DNA of 64,000 nt from Octopus sinensis (GCF_006345805.1 NC_043008.1:558001-622000); one strand, 5' to 3'. Numbered from the stretch's first letter, positions 1 to 14,202 are shown. The notes: a model not told the origin generated them from the sequence alone. Numbers and translations are program-made.

Positions 1-1041
1 TATGAAATGCATAAGAGTAGAAGGAGAGTTGAAGAAAAAAAAATCTTATGGGAGAAGCTGACCGTGTACAGATCTTGACACAGAAAGACAAAAGTGAAGA
101 AAATGAAATCTTCGGGTGTAGATAGATAAACCCAGATCTGTTTATCGTCTGCTTCAACTTATTTCCACCAAAATTTCCTTTGGCTGCAATTATCTCCCTT
201 GTTATATTGATTTTTCAAATTTTAAATTTTAAACAATCCTATGATGGAATTCTTTTTTATATCAACAGTTGATAAAAGTGAAAAAAAGCTTGCATACACG
301 TATGAAGGTGACCACACTGGACCAAGTCAAAATTTTCATTGAAAAATATATACAAAACCCCAAAATTAATTCACACAGTTCAAGCCCGAAACTGTTTCAT
401 CTCTGTGGCTTTCATATGCAAAAGTCAGATATTTTCACTGTTACTCCTACGCTTATTTAAAATCCTGTGAAATCCTCGTGAATTACCTGCTTTTCATCTC
501 TTTTGGACACTGAAATCATTTCTTCAGGTTCTTCATCACCAGTATTTTAAGCAATTAGCGTCTAGTTTAAAGTTTGTACGACTGTTTGAATCGTGGATTT
601 TTTTCACTTGAAAAATCTGCCATTGGTCATCGTGTCCAGTTTCACCGAACAGCTGGTTAAATGTGTCAGAAGTTCTGGAACACTAAGATAAACTCAAGAA
701 CACGATTCTTAATACGATTTTATTATTTTTATCTCCAAAATAAGACACACTCCTGACAGGACCAAAGCGATCCAGTCAATATTTTCACGGAAACTTTTTG
801 AGGTTTAAAGCCCAGACTCAAAACGAAAAATTCTTTTACGAACATTTTAGGACAACGAGTTCAAGATATCGCATTAATCTACAATACAGTAGATTTACAT
901 GAAATAATTTTTCGTATTTAAAAAAATGGTCTCAACACAAAAGTTACCGCTGAGGTCACTTCCATGTTTTTGAGGGCTAATTGGCTGTTGTATCTTAGTT
1001 TATCACAGCTTTTTCTATTCATTATTATATCGCGTATGTCG

Positions 1042-1240
1042 TAAGGTGGCAAAATACTTAGCGGCATTTCGTCCGTCTTTACGTTCTGAGTTCGAAAATC
1101 GCCGAGGTCGACTTTGCCTTTCCTCATTCTTGGGGTCAATAAAATAAGTACCAGTTGAAAACTGGGGTCGTTGTAATAGAATAATTCCCAAGCCACCCCA
1201 TCCTACCTAAAATTGCTGCTCTTGTGACAAAATTTGAAAT
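1042..1240 (+). mobile_element. tRNA-derived SINE, family A (degenerate copy)
   Basis: Contains GTTCTGAGTTCGAAAATCGCCGAGGTCGACTTTGCCTTTC...AAGTACCAGTT, a motif recurring more than 15 times in the window. Confidence 0.8.
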
Positions 1241-1316
1241 TGTTATATTACGTATGTAAGACCCTGTCTTTTATTAGACGGATAAATAGATAAAACGAAA
1301 TAGAGTTAGCTGCTGT

Positions 1317-1352
<36 letters not shown>

Positions 1353-1759
1353 AGAGGAAGAGCAGAAGAAGAGAACGAGAGAAGAGAGAGAAAGAGGAAG
1401 AAGAAAACGAGAGAATAAATAGAGTTAAGAGAGAAACAGACGCTGCAATATAGAGACGAGAAAGTTAAGAGTTAGATATGCAAATACACGTTTCTATGTG
1501 TGTGTGTGTGTGCGCGCAAAGGTAAGGACAGAACACGCTCGTCGGACTGGTCCTTCCTGCGAGGGAATTAAATAAAATTCCCTTGCAGAGGGGTAAAAAC
1601 AAGGAAAGAAAAAATGTGACAAGAACAGGACGTAAAAGCAATACAAATAAAAATACAAATAAAAATACGAATACAAAATAAAAATACAAATATAAAAAAA
1701 TACAGTACACATAAAGAATAAAAACAGGACCAAAAAAACAAACATTGAGGGCCTTTTTT

Positions 1760-1970
1760 AGCCTAGACGAGGAAAAAATTCGGAGCGCAGGAAATAAGAA
1801 ACCTTCGAAACACGCATTGAGTCGAACCGGGGACAGCGGATGAAGGGGAATGTTCCTTGTGTTGTTTGTCCTGTGTTCTGTTTTTTCGTTGTTAAAAAAA
1901 GTCCGTTCCCTTTTTTTATGTTTTCGTTTCTCGTTGAGTTCTACGTCTATTTGTGGTGTCCTGTACTCAC
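1760..1970 (+). mobile_element. Degenerate Penelope-like pLTR-derived repeat
   Basis: Decayed HHR-like motif (CTAGACGAGG...CCTTCGAAACACGC) followed by GATGAAGGGGAATGTTCC and a T-rich tract. Resembles the minus strand of about 8790-8930. Confidence 0.35.
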
Positions 1971-2739
1971 ATATATATATTTATTATGCATGTATATACA
2001 TGTAGATGTAGGTACGTACAATATGTATGTATGTATGCATATATTTTATTTATTACATTATTGTATGACTGAGCGCCCTCGCGTCGTTTCGTTTCGTTTC
2101 TTTCCTTTCTCCCAGTATGTTTATATATATATATATATATATTAAAAGTTGTACAAAAACGCAACAAACGGAAAATTTTACAAAAGCATACCAAACAGAA
2201 AGTTCTTAGTTAATTCCTCATCGGTCAACTTCCAAAAGATCCTTACAATTTCATCACCTTCTGTGTGTTTGTGTTTGTTTTGCTCCACCGCAACCCCAAC
2301 CCACCACCACCATCACCACCACCACCACCACCACCACCACTTGAGAACCGGTGTTGGTTTATTTGCAACAAAAATAAATAAGACTGATAGAATAAGTATT
2401 TTTGATTTAAAAATTTACTTGTGGAGTCGATGTGTTCAACTGAAACCTTCAAGGCGGTTTCTCGGCATGGTCACCATCCAATGATCAAAACTAATAAAAA
2501 ACAGGTGTGTGTGTGTGTGTGTGTGTGCATAAATAATAATAGATTCTTATTTTATACACACAGACCTACGGGTATATACATATATATATATTCGCACACA
2601 TTTATATACACACCTATATTTAGTAATAAATATAGCGACAAAAATAAAGAGAATCGGCCAGGCATTATGTAAAACAATGCAACTCGTTGCTCCACGAAAC
2701 AATATACATTCGTTTTACACCCACAAACTCATTCTTGGA

Positions 2740-3010
2740 GACAAACATACCCATACACATCTCCATACACCATAAAGAGCAACGCCCTTGCATCGTCACA
2801 CGTTGCCTAAGCCATACCTCCCTCTGTCACATGTGTGCACAGAGCCATTGCCGTGCAGAGGTCAATATGACATTACAGAATGCTTTCACTCATATTCCAG
2901 AGGCTGCAGTTTGCAAACATCACCTATTTCCGCCCCTTTCCGCTTCTTTCCGACCAGCACTTTATTTTCTCGCCTCGCCCTTTTACTGGTTTAACCACCA
3001 CCCTCTGTTT
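2740..3010 (+). pseudogene. Possible Penelope-like GIY-YIG endonuclease relic
   Basis: Frameshifted PYTIKSN..SSHVA.AI / CHMC...E..MTLQNAFTH resembles the PLE pattern F.C.S.NVIY.I.C..C...YIGET...L..RF.EH. Heavily decayed. Confidence 0.25.
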
Positions 3011-3052
3011 AACCACCTACAATCCCTCTGTACTTTTTTGTGTCTCTGCTTT

Positions 3053-3091
3053 GTTATTATTATTATTATTATATTATTATTACTATTATTA

Positions 3092-3129
<38 letters not shown>

Positions 3130-3178
3130 TATTATTATTATATTATATTATTATTATATTATTATATTATTATTATTA

Positions 3179-3209
<31 letters not shown>

Positions 3210-3253
3210 GTTATATTTTATTATTATTATTATTTTTTATTATTATTATTATG

Positions 3254-3300
<47 letters not shown>
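3053..3300. repeat. (ATT)n microsatellite
   Basis: Seen directly; source of the poly-I/L/Y ORFs. Confidence 0.95.
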
Positions 3301-3301
<1 letters not shown>

Positions 3302-3604
3302 TAATTCTATACGCCCTTATTCTTCCATTCTCCACCTCCATCTCTTCGTTTTTTTCTGCTGTGTCTTTAACACAACTCACGTATTTTTTTTTTTTTCTTT
3401 TACTTTCAAACCGTGTCGCATACACATATACGCTCACTTACACATATATATATATACAGACATATACACAAACACGCATACAATACACACACACACGCAC
3501 ACACATGACACAAACACCTACACACACCTACACACTGACACATCTCATTCTCTCACACTATTTCTCCATTGCATTGATTTCCTTTCGTTTTCTCTCTCGA
3601 TAGA

Positions 3605-3607
<3 letters not shown>

Positions 3608-3645
<38 letters not shown>

Positions 3646-4228
3646 GTCTCTGTCTCTGTCTCTCTCTGTCTCTCTGTCTCTCTCTTTCTCACCGTCTAGC
3701 AATCTGTCTAGCTCTTCTCCCTCTTTCCCCCTCTCTCTTCCTCCATCTCTCTTTATCTCAGCCTTTTATTCGCCCCGTCTCTTTTCCTCTCCCTCTCTGG
3801 CTCTCACTCACCTCCTTCCTTTTCTCTCTTTCTCTCCCTCTCTCTATCTATCCTTCCCTCTTTCTCCCTCCATCACTCTTCCCCCTCTCGCTTACTCTCA
3901 GCCACTTATTCGTTCCCTCGCTTTCTCTCCCCGTCTAGCTCTCGCTCACACTCCCTCTCTCTCTCTTTCTCTCCATCTTTCTTTCACTCCCTTTTAACAC
4001 ACTCTCTCTCTCTCACCTTTTCTCTTTCTCCTCCCTCTCTCTCTTTCTTCCCAGGCTTCACCTCTCTCTTTTCACTTCTGTCACTTTCCATCTCACCCCT
4101 AATCTTTCGATACCTTCCTTAAACCCCTGTCTCGCTCTGATCCCCTACGCCTCTGTTTCGTTATCTCTCCCCATCTCTTTCTTTCTTTCTTCCTTTCTTT
4201 CCTTCTATCTATCTAACTATCTTTCTTC

Positions 4229-4282
<54 letters not shown>

Positions 4283-4505
4283 CTTTCTCTCTCTTTCTCT
4301 CTCTCTCTCTCTGTCTCTCTGTCTCTCTGTCTGTATGACTCACTGCTTCTTTCTCTCTATCCTTCACTCTTACTCTCATTGTTTTCTCTCTTTCCCCCCT
4401 CTCTCTCTCTCTCTCTCTGTCACTCTATCTGCTTGTCTGTCTCTCTCTTTCTTTCTCTGTCTGTCTGTCTGTCTGTAAGTCTGTCTCTGTCTCTGTCTCT
4501 GTCTG

Positions 4506-4543
<38 letters not shown>

Positions 4544-4545
4544 AC
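3608..4545. repeat. Polypyrimidine (CT)n/(CTTT)n/(CTGT)n tract
   Basis: About 940 bp that is almost entirely pyrimidine on the + strand. Confidence 0.9.
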
Positions 4546-4879
4546 ACTAAATCTAAAAAATATATTACCATTAGGCAATTTCTTCTCATCTCACTTTATC
4601 TGCCGAACAGGACATACGCACACACACGCACACACACATACACACACACACACACAAGCACGCACACAATCATGTATACATACTTACATACATATGTGTG
4701 TGTGTATGTGTGTGTGTGTGTGTTTTGTGTGTATGTGTGTATGCATATGTATGGACGTTGCGAGTATATCTATATTTGTATATTAGTGTATATATCAATG
4801 GGTGTTCTGTCTGTGTTGCAGGCATATACACGCAATAAATACATACATAATACATACATACATACATACAACACATACA

Positions 4880-4916
<37 letters not shown>

Positions 4917-5381
4917 TATATATATAGATATATATATATATATACATATATATAATATCTCTTGTGCAATGTTATATGTGTGTATATGTAATATGCTTCT
5001 GTGGAGGTGTGTGTACGCATATATATATGCTATATATGTGCGTTACACAGAATGACACGTGGAAAATAAAATTTTGGCAAACGAAAATATTAAAATAAAC
5101 AGAAAATAAAGAAGATGTATGTTTATTTTAATGTATGTTATTATACTTTCCGGTTGACAGCCCACTTAGGCTCTGTTTATATATATATTATACTACATAT
5201 GATCCCTCTCAGGTATATATATATATTGTTTTTGATTTATCGGACCCATTTTAACAGGCCAATGTTAAAACTGTCTATGAAGAACTAGTTTCCATATTCT
5301 TTTCTTCTCTTAAGCACAAGGTTCGAAATTTTTGGAGAAGGGGCCGATCGATTAGATCGACTCTAGTATACCACTGGTATA

Positions 5382-6185
5382 TATACTAAAATTACATTAA
5401 AATATCTTGAAATACTAAATAGTGAATTTATTCAATGAAATCGCCATTGGCTACAACCACGGCATCCAGACGACTTCGGAATCTCCTGCAACTCTTCTCG
5501 ATGGTCTCATTCTTTAAGTTGGTTAATGCTGCCATAATTCTTGCGTTCAGTTCGTTTTTGGTGTAACAAGGAATTTTGTTAGTCTCTCGTTCATCTGCGC
5601 CCCACACATAATAATTAGAGGGTTGCAGTTTGGGGGGTTAGGTGCCAGATGTTAGGGGTGATGTGATCGCAGAAATTGTCTGACAGCCATGACTGGGTTC
5701 TTTGCTTTTGTGGCATGGTGCAGAGTCCTTTTGCCAGACATAAGGTCTTCCAGCAGCCACCCTCTTGAACCAATGCAGCACTACCTCCTCCAAGCACTTG
5801 ATGAAGGCCTCCGTGTTGAGTCTGAGGCTGTGTGGGTAGAGGAATGGAGGCATGACGTAGCTATCACTGGTGATCACTCCAAACACCATGATGTTCACTG
5901 GATGTTTGATTTTGATCACTCTCGCAACATGTCCTCAGACTGCTCTCTCTTGAGATTGACACCCAAATACTCTGAAATGTTTGTATTGGAGCTTCCAGCT
6001 CTAATTCCAAGCAGTACAGTATGTCGTTTCTAAATTTCTTGCAGAGTGAATTGCGTCATAGTGCTGTTTCTCTCACAGACGGTGCCCAACTGACCTTTCA
6101 ATACTATATAGTCAACAAAATGAAAAGCAAGCAATGCGCATGCGCGAAATTAAAAAAATGGCGACGATTTACCCCTCGCTCCCTG
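5382..6185 (-). mobile_element. Tc1/mariner DD37D (maT) transposon relic, internally deleted
   Basis: Frameshifted KHPVNIMVFGVITSD...YVWQKDSAPCH..RTQSWLSDNFCDHITPNIW...CNPL.YYVWGA. One TIR ends CCCTG followed by TA at 6186-6187. Homologous to 31592-32826. Confidence 0.88.
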
Positions 6186-6314
6186 TACATATATATATTC
6201 TTATTTCGCTTAGGTGTAGTGATACAAATAACCTAGTTTTAGAGCTCAGCAAAGTGTCATGTAAATAGAGGAATTTATCTATAAATATATAATGTGACAG
6301 TTAGTTCATTGTCA

Positions 6315-6377
6315 TAATAAAACTCATAGTTTCAGATGCCGGGGCAAAAGTTTGCTCCGGTACCTCATCAGTTATTA
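6315..6377 (-). ncRNA. Type I hammerhead ribozyme-like motif (left member of inverted pair)
   Basis: Minus strand reads TAATAA CTGATGA GGTACCGGAGC..GCCCCGGCATCT GAAA CTATGAG TT TTATTA; stem I is TAATAA/TTATTA. Confidence 0.55.
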
Positions 6378-6390
6378 ATACAAAAACGCT

Positions 6391-6453
6391 TAATAACTGA
6401 TGAGATGCCAGAGCAGGCTTCAGCCCCGACATCCGAAACTCTGAGTTTTATTA
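6391..6453 (+). ncRNA. Type I hammerhead ribozyme-like motif (right member of inverted pair)
   Basis: TAATAA CTGATGA GATG..CATC C GAAA CTCTGAG TT TTATTA: 6-bp stem I, near-palindromic stem III, GUU triplet, one extra base before G12. Confidence 0.6.
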
Positions 6454-6529
6454 TATCAATTAAGTGATTGTCCTATATTATATATATATATATACATACA
6501 CACACACAATGCAATGTGATATAATAATA

Positions 6530-6722
6530 GGTTTCAAATTTCGTAGGAATGGATAAAAGTTACATCGACCCCCACCAGTACTTGACTGTTATTTATTTGA
6601 TAGACCTCGAAAGAAGGAAAGGTAAATCGACGTCAGTGCCATTTGAACTCGAAACGTAAAGACGAGTGGATGCTGCTAAGTATGTTGCTCGGCGTGCTAA
6701 CGATCGTGCCAACTCGCTGCTT
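6530..6722 (-). mobile_element. SINE family A, older copy
   Basis: Diverged head and core; flanked by GCAATRTRATATAAT at 6511 and 6724. Confidence 0.8.
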
Positions 6723-6738
6723 TGCAATATAATATAAT

Positions 6739-7123
6739 CCTTTCTACAAAAATCACAAGGCCGGAAATTTTGGGGGAGGGTACTAGTCGATTAGATCGAC
6801 CCCAGTGTTTCACTGGTACTTAATTTATCGACCCCAAAAGGACGAAAGGCAAAGTCGACCTCAGCGGAATTTGAACTCAGAACGTAACACCAGACGAAAT
6901 ACCTATTTCTTTATTACCCACAAGGGGTTAAACACCTAGGAGACAAACAAGGTTAAGTCGATTATATCGACCCTAGTGCGTAACTGGTACTTATCTAATC
7001 GACCCCGAAAGGATGAAAGGCAAAGTCGACCTCTGCGGAATTTGAACTCAGAATGTAACGGCAGACAAAATACCGCTAAGCATTTCGCCCGGCGTGCTAA
7101 CGTTTCTGCCAGCCTGCCACCTT
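6739..7123 (-). mobile_element. SINE family A dimer
   Basis: Head-core-linker-partial head-core-tail layout; flanked by GCAATRTRATATAAT at 6724 and 7125. Confidence 0.9.
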
Positions 7124-7398
7124 TGCAATGTGATATAATAATTTTGCGTATAATATATTACCATAAACCATGACAGGTAAAGGGTTAAACACCTTTTTAT
7201 TTATTTATTTATCTATTTATTCATTTATTTACTTCTTCTGATGGTTCTGTAATCCCTCACAGAGTTTTAGCCATTGTCAGTTGAAGGATTTCGGCAGAAA
7301 GTATAAGATTTTTCGAAGCAGAGCTATACAAATACTGCAGAACAGTTTAGTTCAAAAGTTCTGGAAAATCCATTTTATCACCAATATACAATACCAAA

Positions 7399-7463
<65 letters not shown>

Positions 7464-7827
7464 CACACACACACATACACATGTATCACACTCACACACA
7501 CTCACGCATCACACACACACACGCATCACACACACACACACACACGCACGTACGCACGCACGCACACACAATCTCACATGCATATACTCACTTCAATATC
7601 GCGTATATATATATGTTTATATATATATATATATAGTCATATATAGATATATACACATATAACGTACACACGCACATACATATGTTATGTGGTATATATA
7701 TGTATATAAATATATACACACACACGCATATATATATATATATATATACATATATATATAACTTAGATAACTTAGATATATATATATATATATACCTATA
7801 TATAATAGATAGATAGATATATACACA

Positions 7828-7924
<97 letters not shown>

Positions 7925-8288
7925 CTTCTATAACATAATGCAAATTGGAGAAAAGTTGTGCTTTATTTAAAAGTACATTACACAGATAAATCAACGTAGT
8001 CGCCTTTGGGAATCTACTCTTGCTCCAGTATTATTTATATTCTGTTTGCGAATAGTATTAACGGTGAAATAATGAGTATATGATAAGTGAGATATTGTGA
8101 ATATCTAACGTTGTGCCATAGGCGGAGTCTGCTACTTTTGAGCGACTTCGAATTTCATGTCGAATTGTAATCATCGTATGCTGTTTCTCGACACGCAAGT
8201 CACCTGACGATTGTAGTTCAGCAGGGGAAACTTGAATGTACATTAGTGGCCGTACACACATGCTTGTGAGGATGTAATACCTATCAAT

Positions 8289-8436
8289 AGGCGTAGGAGT
8301 GGCTGTGTGGTAAGTAACTTGCTTACCAACACATGGTTCTGGGTTCAGTCCACACTGCGTGTCTTCTTACTATACTCTCGGGCCGATCAAAGCCTTGTGA
8401 GTGGATTTGGTAGGCGGAAACTCAAAGAAGCCCGTC

Positions 8437-8490
<54 letters not shown>

Positions 8491-8736
8491 ACCGTGTGTG
8501 TGTGTGTGTGAGTGTGTGCATGTGTTTGTGTGTTTGTGTGCCCCTCCCCCCAACATCACTTGACAACCGATGCTGGTGTGTTTACGTCCCCGTTACTTGG
8601 CGGTTCGTCAAAAGAGACCGATAGATTAAGTACGAGGCTTACATAGAATAAGTCATGGGGGCGATTTTCTTGACTAAAGGCGGTGCTCCAGCATGGCCAC
8701 AATCAAATGACCGAAACAAGTAAAAGAGTAAAGAGT
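8289..8736 (+). mobile_element. tRNA-derived SINE family B with internal (TA)n(TG)n
   Basis: A box TGGCTGTGTGG, B box GGTTCAGTCC, internal microsatellite, tail AAGGCGGTGCTCCAGCATGGCC...GAAACAAGTAAAAGAG. Many copies in the window. Confidence 0.9.
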
Positions 8737-9270
8737 TTATGTAAAAATTGAGATGCGTGGCGTTCAGTTACTCAATAAATGAAAAATGCATTTAATACTA
8801 AAAAACGTGCACACAAGAGACACATAGGAGGAACCTAAGTCTTCATCAGTTATCGACCGAAATACTAATACTCAGTTTCATGCCTTTAACGATAAGACTG
8901 AGAACTTCGCACATCAGTGGCACCGGCAAAATTGGCGAAGAATTAGGGCTCGAGCTACCAAACGGTACAGTTGGAGGAACGAAAGAAACAAATGTAAATT
9001 TGAAACGATTGACGAAGTCGGAATAAATGAGGATGAGACGAGGATGATGGGTAACGCCTGGAAGGAATCCTGAATGGATATAGAAAGAGAAATAGCAAGA
9101 GAAGAGATAAATGTTGACCGGCAAGCTAAGCGTCTGGTGGAGAAAGGCAGAGAGACGGGAAAATTAGTCACGGCTCACGTGTGGGCAGTAGATAGAAGGG
9201 AAAGAGGAGAGGCAAACATATTAAGTCGATTACATCGATCTCAGTGCGTAACTGGTACTTATTTAATCAA

Positions 9271-9503
9271 AAGGCGGCGAGCTGGCAGAATCGTTAGCAC
9301 GCCGGGCGAAATGCGTAGACGTATTTCGTCTGCCGTTACGTTGTGAGTTCAAATTCCGCCGAGGTCGACTTTGCCTTTCATCCTCTCGGCGTCGATAAAT
9401 TAAGTACCAGTTACACACTGGGGTCGATATAATCGACTTAATCCGTTTGTATGTCCTTGTTTGTCCCCTCTGTGTTTAGACCCTTGCGGGTAGTAAAGAA
9501 ATA
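9271..9503 (+). mobile_element. SINE family A monomer inserted into an opposite-strand family A copy
   Basis: 14-bp TSD GGTACTTATTTAAT at 9254-9267 and 9504-9517; host copy spans about 9220-9580 on the minus strand. Confidence 0.9.
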
Positions 9504-9819
9504 GGTACTTATTTAATTAACTTCTCCGAAAGGATGAAAGGCAAAGCCGACCTCTGCAGAATTTGAACTCAGAACGTAGCGAGTCTTGTAACATGTAGAA
9601 CTTCGTGTACTTTTGAAGGTTAAAAGCTAAAGCAGAAACTCTTCTAAGAGCTAAAAGACAGCGAATGACTCCACCCCGTGCACTTCCGACTCAAACCGTA
9701 GAACCTCATTAGCAATATGGATGCGCTTACAACAAATGGAAGCCATGGTTGAAAATCTATGGCACAACTTCAATCGTATCACAAATGAAGGATTATTCTG
9801 TCTGTCTGTCTCACTTTCT

Positions 9820-9867
<48 letters not shown>

Positions 9868-10251
9868 CTGTCTGTTTTTTTGTGTCTGTGTTTGTTTTTT
9901 AAAATTGTTCGCAAAAGGTTTTTTAAAAATGGAAAATGTATGTTGAAATTTATACTGTGTTGTTTTTGCTTTATATAATACAGGATCATTCAATCAATAA
10001 ACACCACACACATACTGAGTTTTGTTCATTTTAAAATCATTAATTAATTAATTAACTAATTAATTAATCAATTGATTGATTAGTAAAAATGTTTCACTTC
10101 AAAACTGAACTTTTCAATTACTGCTGTGAGTGTCTCTGTTTTTTTTGTATGTCTGTAATTTTTATATTTTATGTGTGTGTATGCACTTGCGTGTACCTGT
10201 GCAAATTGTTGTTTGCCGGTATGTCTCTCTATATGTGTGCATGTGAATATT

Positions 10252-10287
<36 letters not shown>

Positions 10288-10953
10288 CAGTGTGTGTGTG
10301 TGTGTTGAGTGTGTGTGTGTGTGTGTGTGTGAGTGTGGTGTGTGTGTATGTGTGTCCATATGTGGTATATGTGGCTCTTTAGTAATGAGAATGGTTGTAT
10401 CACTGTTCATGTTTATATTTATATTGATGTATACAATTATAAACACACACACATATATTTGTGCGTGCGCGTGTATATATATATATATATATATATATAC
10501 ATGTGATTCTGTATATATTCGTATATAGAAATATGTATATATATATATGTACATATATAAATCTATAAATGTATGTAGATAGTAAATATCTATCTATATC
10601 TATATAATTTTCCATATAAATATATATATAATATGTATGCATGTATGTATGTATATACACAGAAATATATAGAGAGAGACATAGGCAAATAGATAGATAC
10701 GCGTTTGTGTATTTAGCCATATTCTTTTATCTATATTTGCGCGTGAATCTGATCACGTTTGTTATAGATGTTATTTATTGTTTCAATACTCTGTAATAAA
10801 GACAGATAACAGAATTTAGAAACGATTCCAAAATTTCCAAAAGTCTGTTATCTATCCAGGTGACGGAATATTAATCTAATAAACAACTGCAAAGAAAAAA
10901 AAGAACAACAAAACAAACAACAGTGTTTGTGCAAATATATACATATAAGTACA

Positions 10954-11055
<102 letters not shown>

Positions 11056-11214
11056 TATATATACATGTATATACATGTATATATTTTAAAAACATAACAT
11101 ACAAATTCAGTATATTGGACACACATAAATACGCTCGTGCACACAAACACACAAGTATATCACTGTATCGAGCAGATAATTGAATGTTGTTATACAACGC
11201 TGGCCACAATGCGT

Positions 11215-11440
11215 TTATCCCTAACTTGTAATGTTCCGGCTAGCTAGAGCTGGTAGACTAACATTATCCCTGAACGGAATTCCAGTAAATCGCAGAGTTA
11301 CCAATTTGCATCGGAATGGTGTGCAACCACGGGAAATCAAGTGTTTTGCTCCAAAACACGACGTACCGACAGTCTGGGGATTGAAACTGCGATATTGCGA
11401 TCGTGTGGGCAACAACAACGTTTCTCACTTGGCCACGCAC
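11215..11440 (-). mobile_element. tRNA-derived SINE family C, degenerate
   Basis: Minus strand shows a tRNA-like head and a GTGTTTTGGAGCAAAACACTTGATTTCCCGTGGTTGC core like the copy at 22511. Confidence 0.6.
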
Positions 11441-11695
11441 CTTCATGCACACGTGTATGTGTAAGTGCGTTTCTTCATACACATACACACACACACACAT
11501 ATACACATATGCATATATATATATTTATAAAACCAAGAAAAAAGTAACAAGAATGGATTAGTAGTTTAGTACAATTGTTTCATACCAAGAACAATTTTAT
11601 TTAAAGCTGCAAGTATTGCAGCAAATACAAATGTCCAGTATTCATCAGCTAAATCACATATATGTTTTCCCGACATCCTAGAGAGTGTGTCTATC

Positions 11696-11781
<86 letters not shown>

Positions 11782-13172
11782 ATATATATATATGCATATG
11801 TGTATATGTGTGTTGTGTGTGTGCTGTCACCTACAAATACACAAGCCTTGTTTTACCTTTCCACGTGGCATTTGCCATTCGTTGAAGTTAATTTTCATAT
11901 TTCACTAACAATCTAAAAATGAATTATTTTTCTTCTTTATTGAGCACTTAGCTAAGCATTACGCGAATAAATGTTGTCATATTTACCAAATATTTCTATG
12001 GCCACCATAAATAACCGCTGCCTCTTTGTTGCATTTTAGTACTGAATTCTAAAGGTCAGGAATGTTAAATGCAAAAACTTACACATAGGGTGAAAGTATT
12101 CGAGATTTTACGATGTTTTTACTTGCCGAGATAAATGTTTGTATGTATAATTAACCTACATATCTATGTTGGGACCGTTGATAAATGTCCGGAGAAATAT
12201 CGAACTCGTACGTTTAATTTAACACGCATGCCACACATACACGAACACATACACACACATACACATATATATAAGCAATATTTTCTACATGTACATATAT
12301 ATACAAATGCTTACATACACATGCATGCATACGTGCACATAGAAAAACACACAAACACATGCACATATGCAGTTGCATATAAAATGCATATGACTTGATT
12401 TATTCTTTACGTGCCATTTCGTTGCAACTATGTGTGTATACATATATATATACACACACACGTATATTATATATATGTGTGTGTGTGTGTATGCATGTAC
12501 ATACATACATATATATATATATATATACGCACAACACTTCTGAGACTGAAAAATAGTGAAATGGCACAGACTGGGGAGTAGGATTACAGATTAGAAAATC
12601 TATGTCTGGAGAAAAGAGAAAAAAAAGACAAGGGGTTGCAGATACTTAATGGAAGAGCAGACAGTTTGAGTAGGAATAGAAATAAATTTGAGATGTAGGG
12701 TGAGTTGAAAGAAGTGCAGAGATGTGGACACAATCAGAGAGTAACGGAAGTTGTGTAGTTAGAGATTGTTAGAGAAGAGCGGTAGGAGAAAATTTGCAGA
12801 GAGCAAAGAGGAAACGAGAGACAGAGAGAGAGGGGGGAGAGAGAGATGAGAGGTGGGAGAAGTGATGAGACAAAGATGGAGAAGTGCGCGCGTGTCTAAG
12901 TGTGTGTGTGTGGGAGGGGGGCGTTTGTGATGTAAAGGGTTAAAGTAGCTGTAAGAGGGGAGTTTTCACAATTACAAAGGAAAATGGCGACAAGTCATAA
13001 AGAGAGAGAGAGAGAGAGAGAGAGGGAGAGGGGTAGAGAGAGAGATAGAGTGTGTGTGTGTGTTTGTATATAGATAAATACACACACATGTATATACACA
13101 TACATTCATAGATACATACATATACATACATACACACATATTTACGTATATATATTTATGTATGTGTCTGTA

Positions 13173-13239
<67 letters not shown>

Positions 13240-13827
13240 GTTGTTTAACCCTAGGTCTGCTCTAACTGAGCAAACCTATGATCTAAGGTGTTCCATCCTG
13301 TCATTTTTTTATGTACAGGGAAAGCCATGCCTGTGTTATAAAGCGTTCTCTTCCGAGATGTTCAATTCGTGATTTCAAGGAGATTTCGCAACTCTCCGTA
13401 ACAGGTCGTATTAGCACGTGCAGACTTCTGCGCTGGCATTTGTGCGTATGCGCGTTTGTGCGAGTGTGTATATGAATGTATGTGCGTGTGAACGCGTGGG
13501 AGTTTGCATGTGCGCATGCGTGCGTATATACGTGTGGCGGGGGCGTTGTACGGTGGAAAAAGTGTTGAAACTGTTATATTTAAAATAAAATTGAAAATAA
13601 AAGGACTTAATTCAATAAAATATTTTTTTCAAGATGAGAGGCAGAAATTATTGGTAGAGCTTGGAGGGAGGATCGGTGCAGCATCAGAGAAATTCTTTAG
13701 CAATATTTGGTTAAAGCCAACTTTTTCTAATTTCAGTTCAAATCTCATCCGAAGTGACTCCCACTTTTGTACTACTGAGGTCAGTAAACATATGGAACCA
13801 GTGAAATATTAGATCGATATATTATTA

Positions 13828-13879
<52 letters not shown>

Positions 13880-13887
13880 AATGGGTG

Positions 13888-14136
13888 AAGGTGACGAGCG
13901 GGCCGAATAGTTATCACGCTGGACGAAACGCTTAGCAGAATTTCATCTGTCTTTACGTTCTGAGGTCAAATTCCGCCGAGGTGGACTTTGCCATTCATCC
14001 TTTCGGAGTCGATAAATTAAGTGAACCACTGGGGTTGATGTAATCGTCTAGTCCACTCCCCAACCCCAAATTTCAGGCCGTGCGCCTTTAGTAGAAAAGA
14101 TTATTATTATCATTATCATTATTATTATTATCATTA

Positions 14137-14202
<66 letters not shown>

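Noticed and set aside
1-760. Possible host exon or transposase fragment
   Set aside because: Stops in all frames and no motif I can assign.
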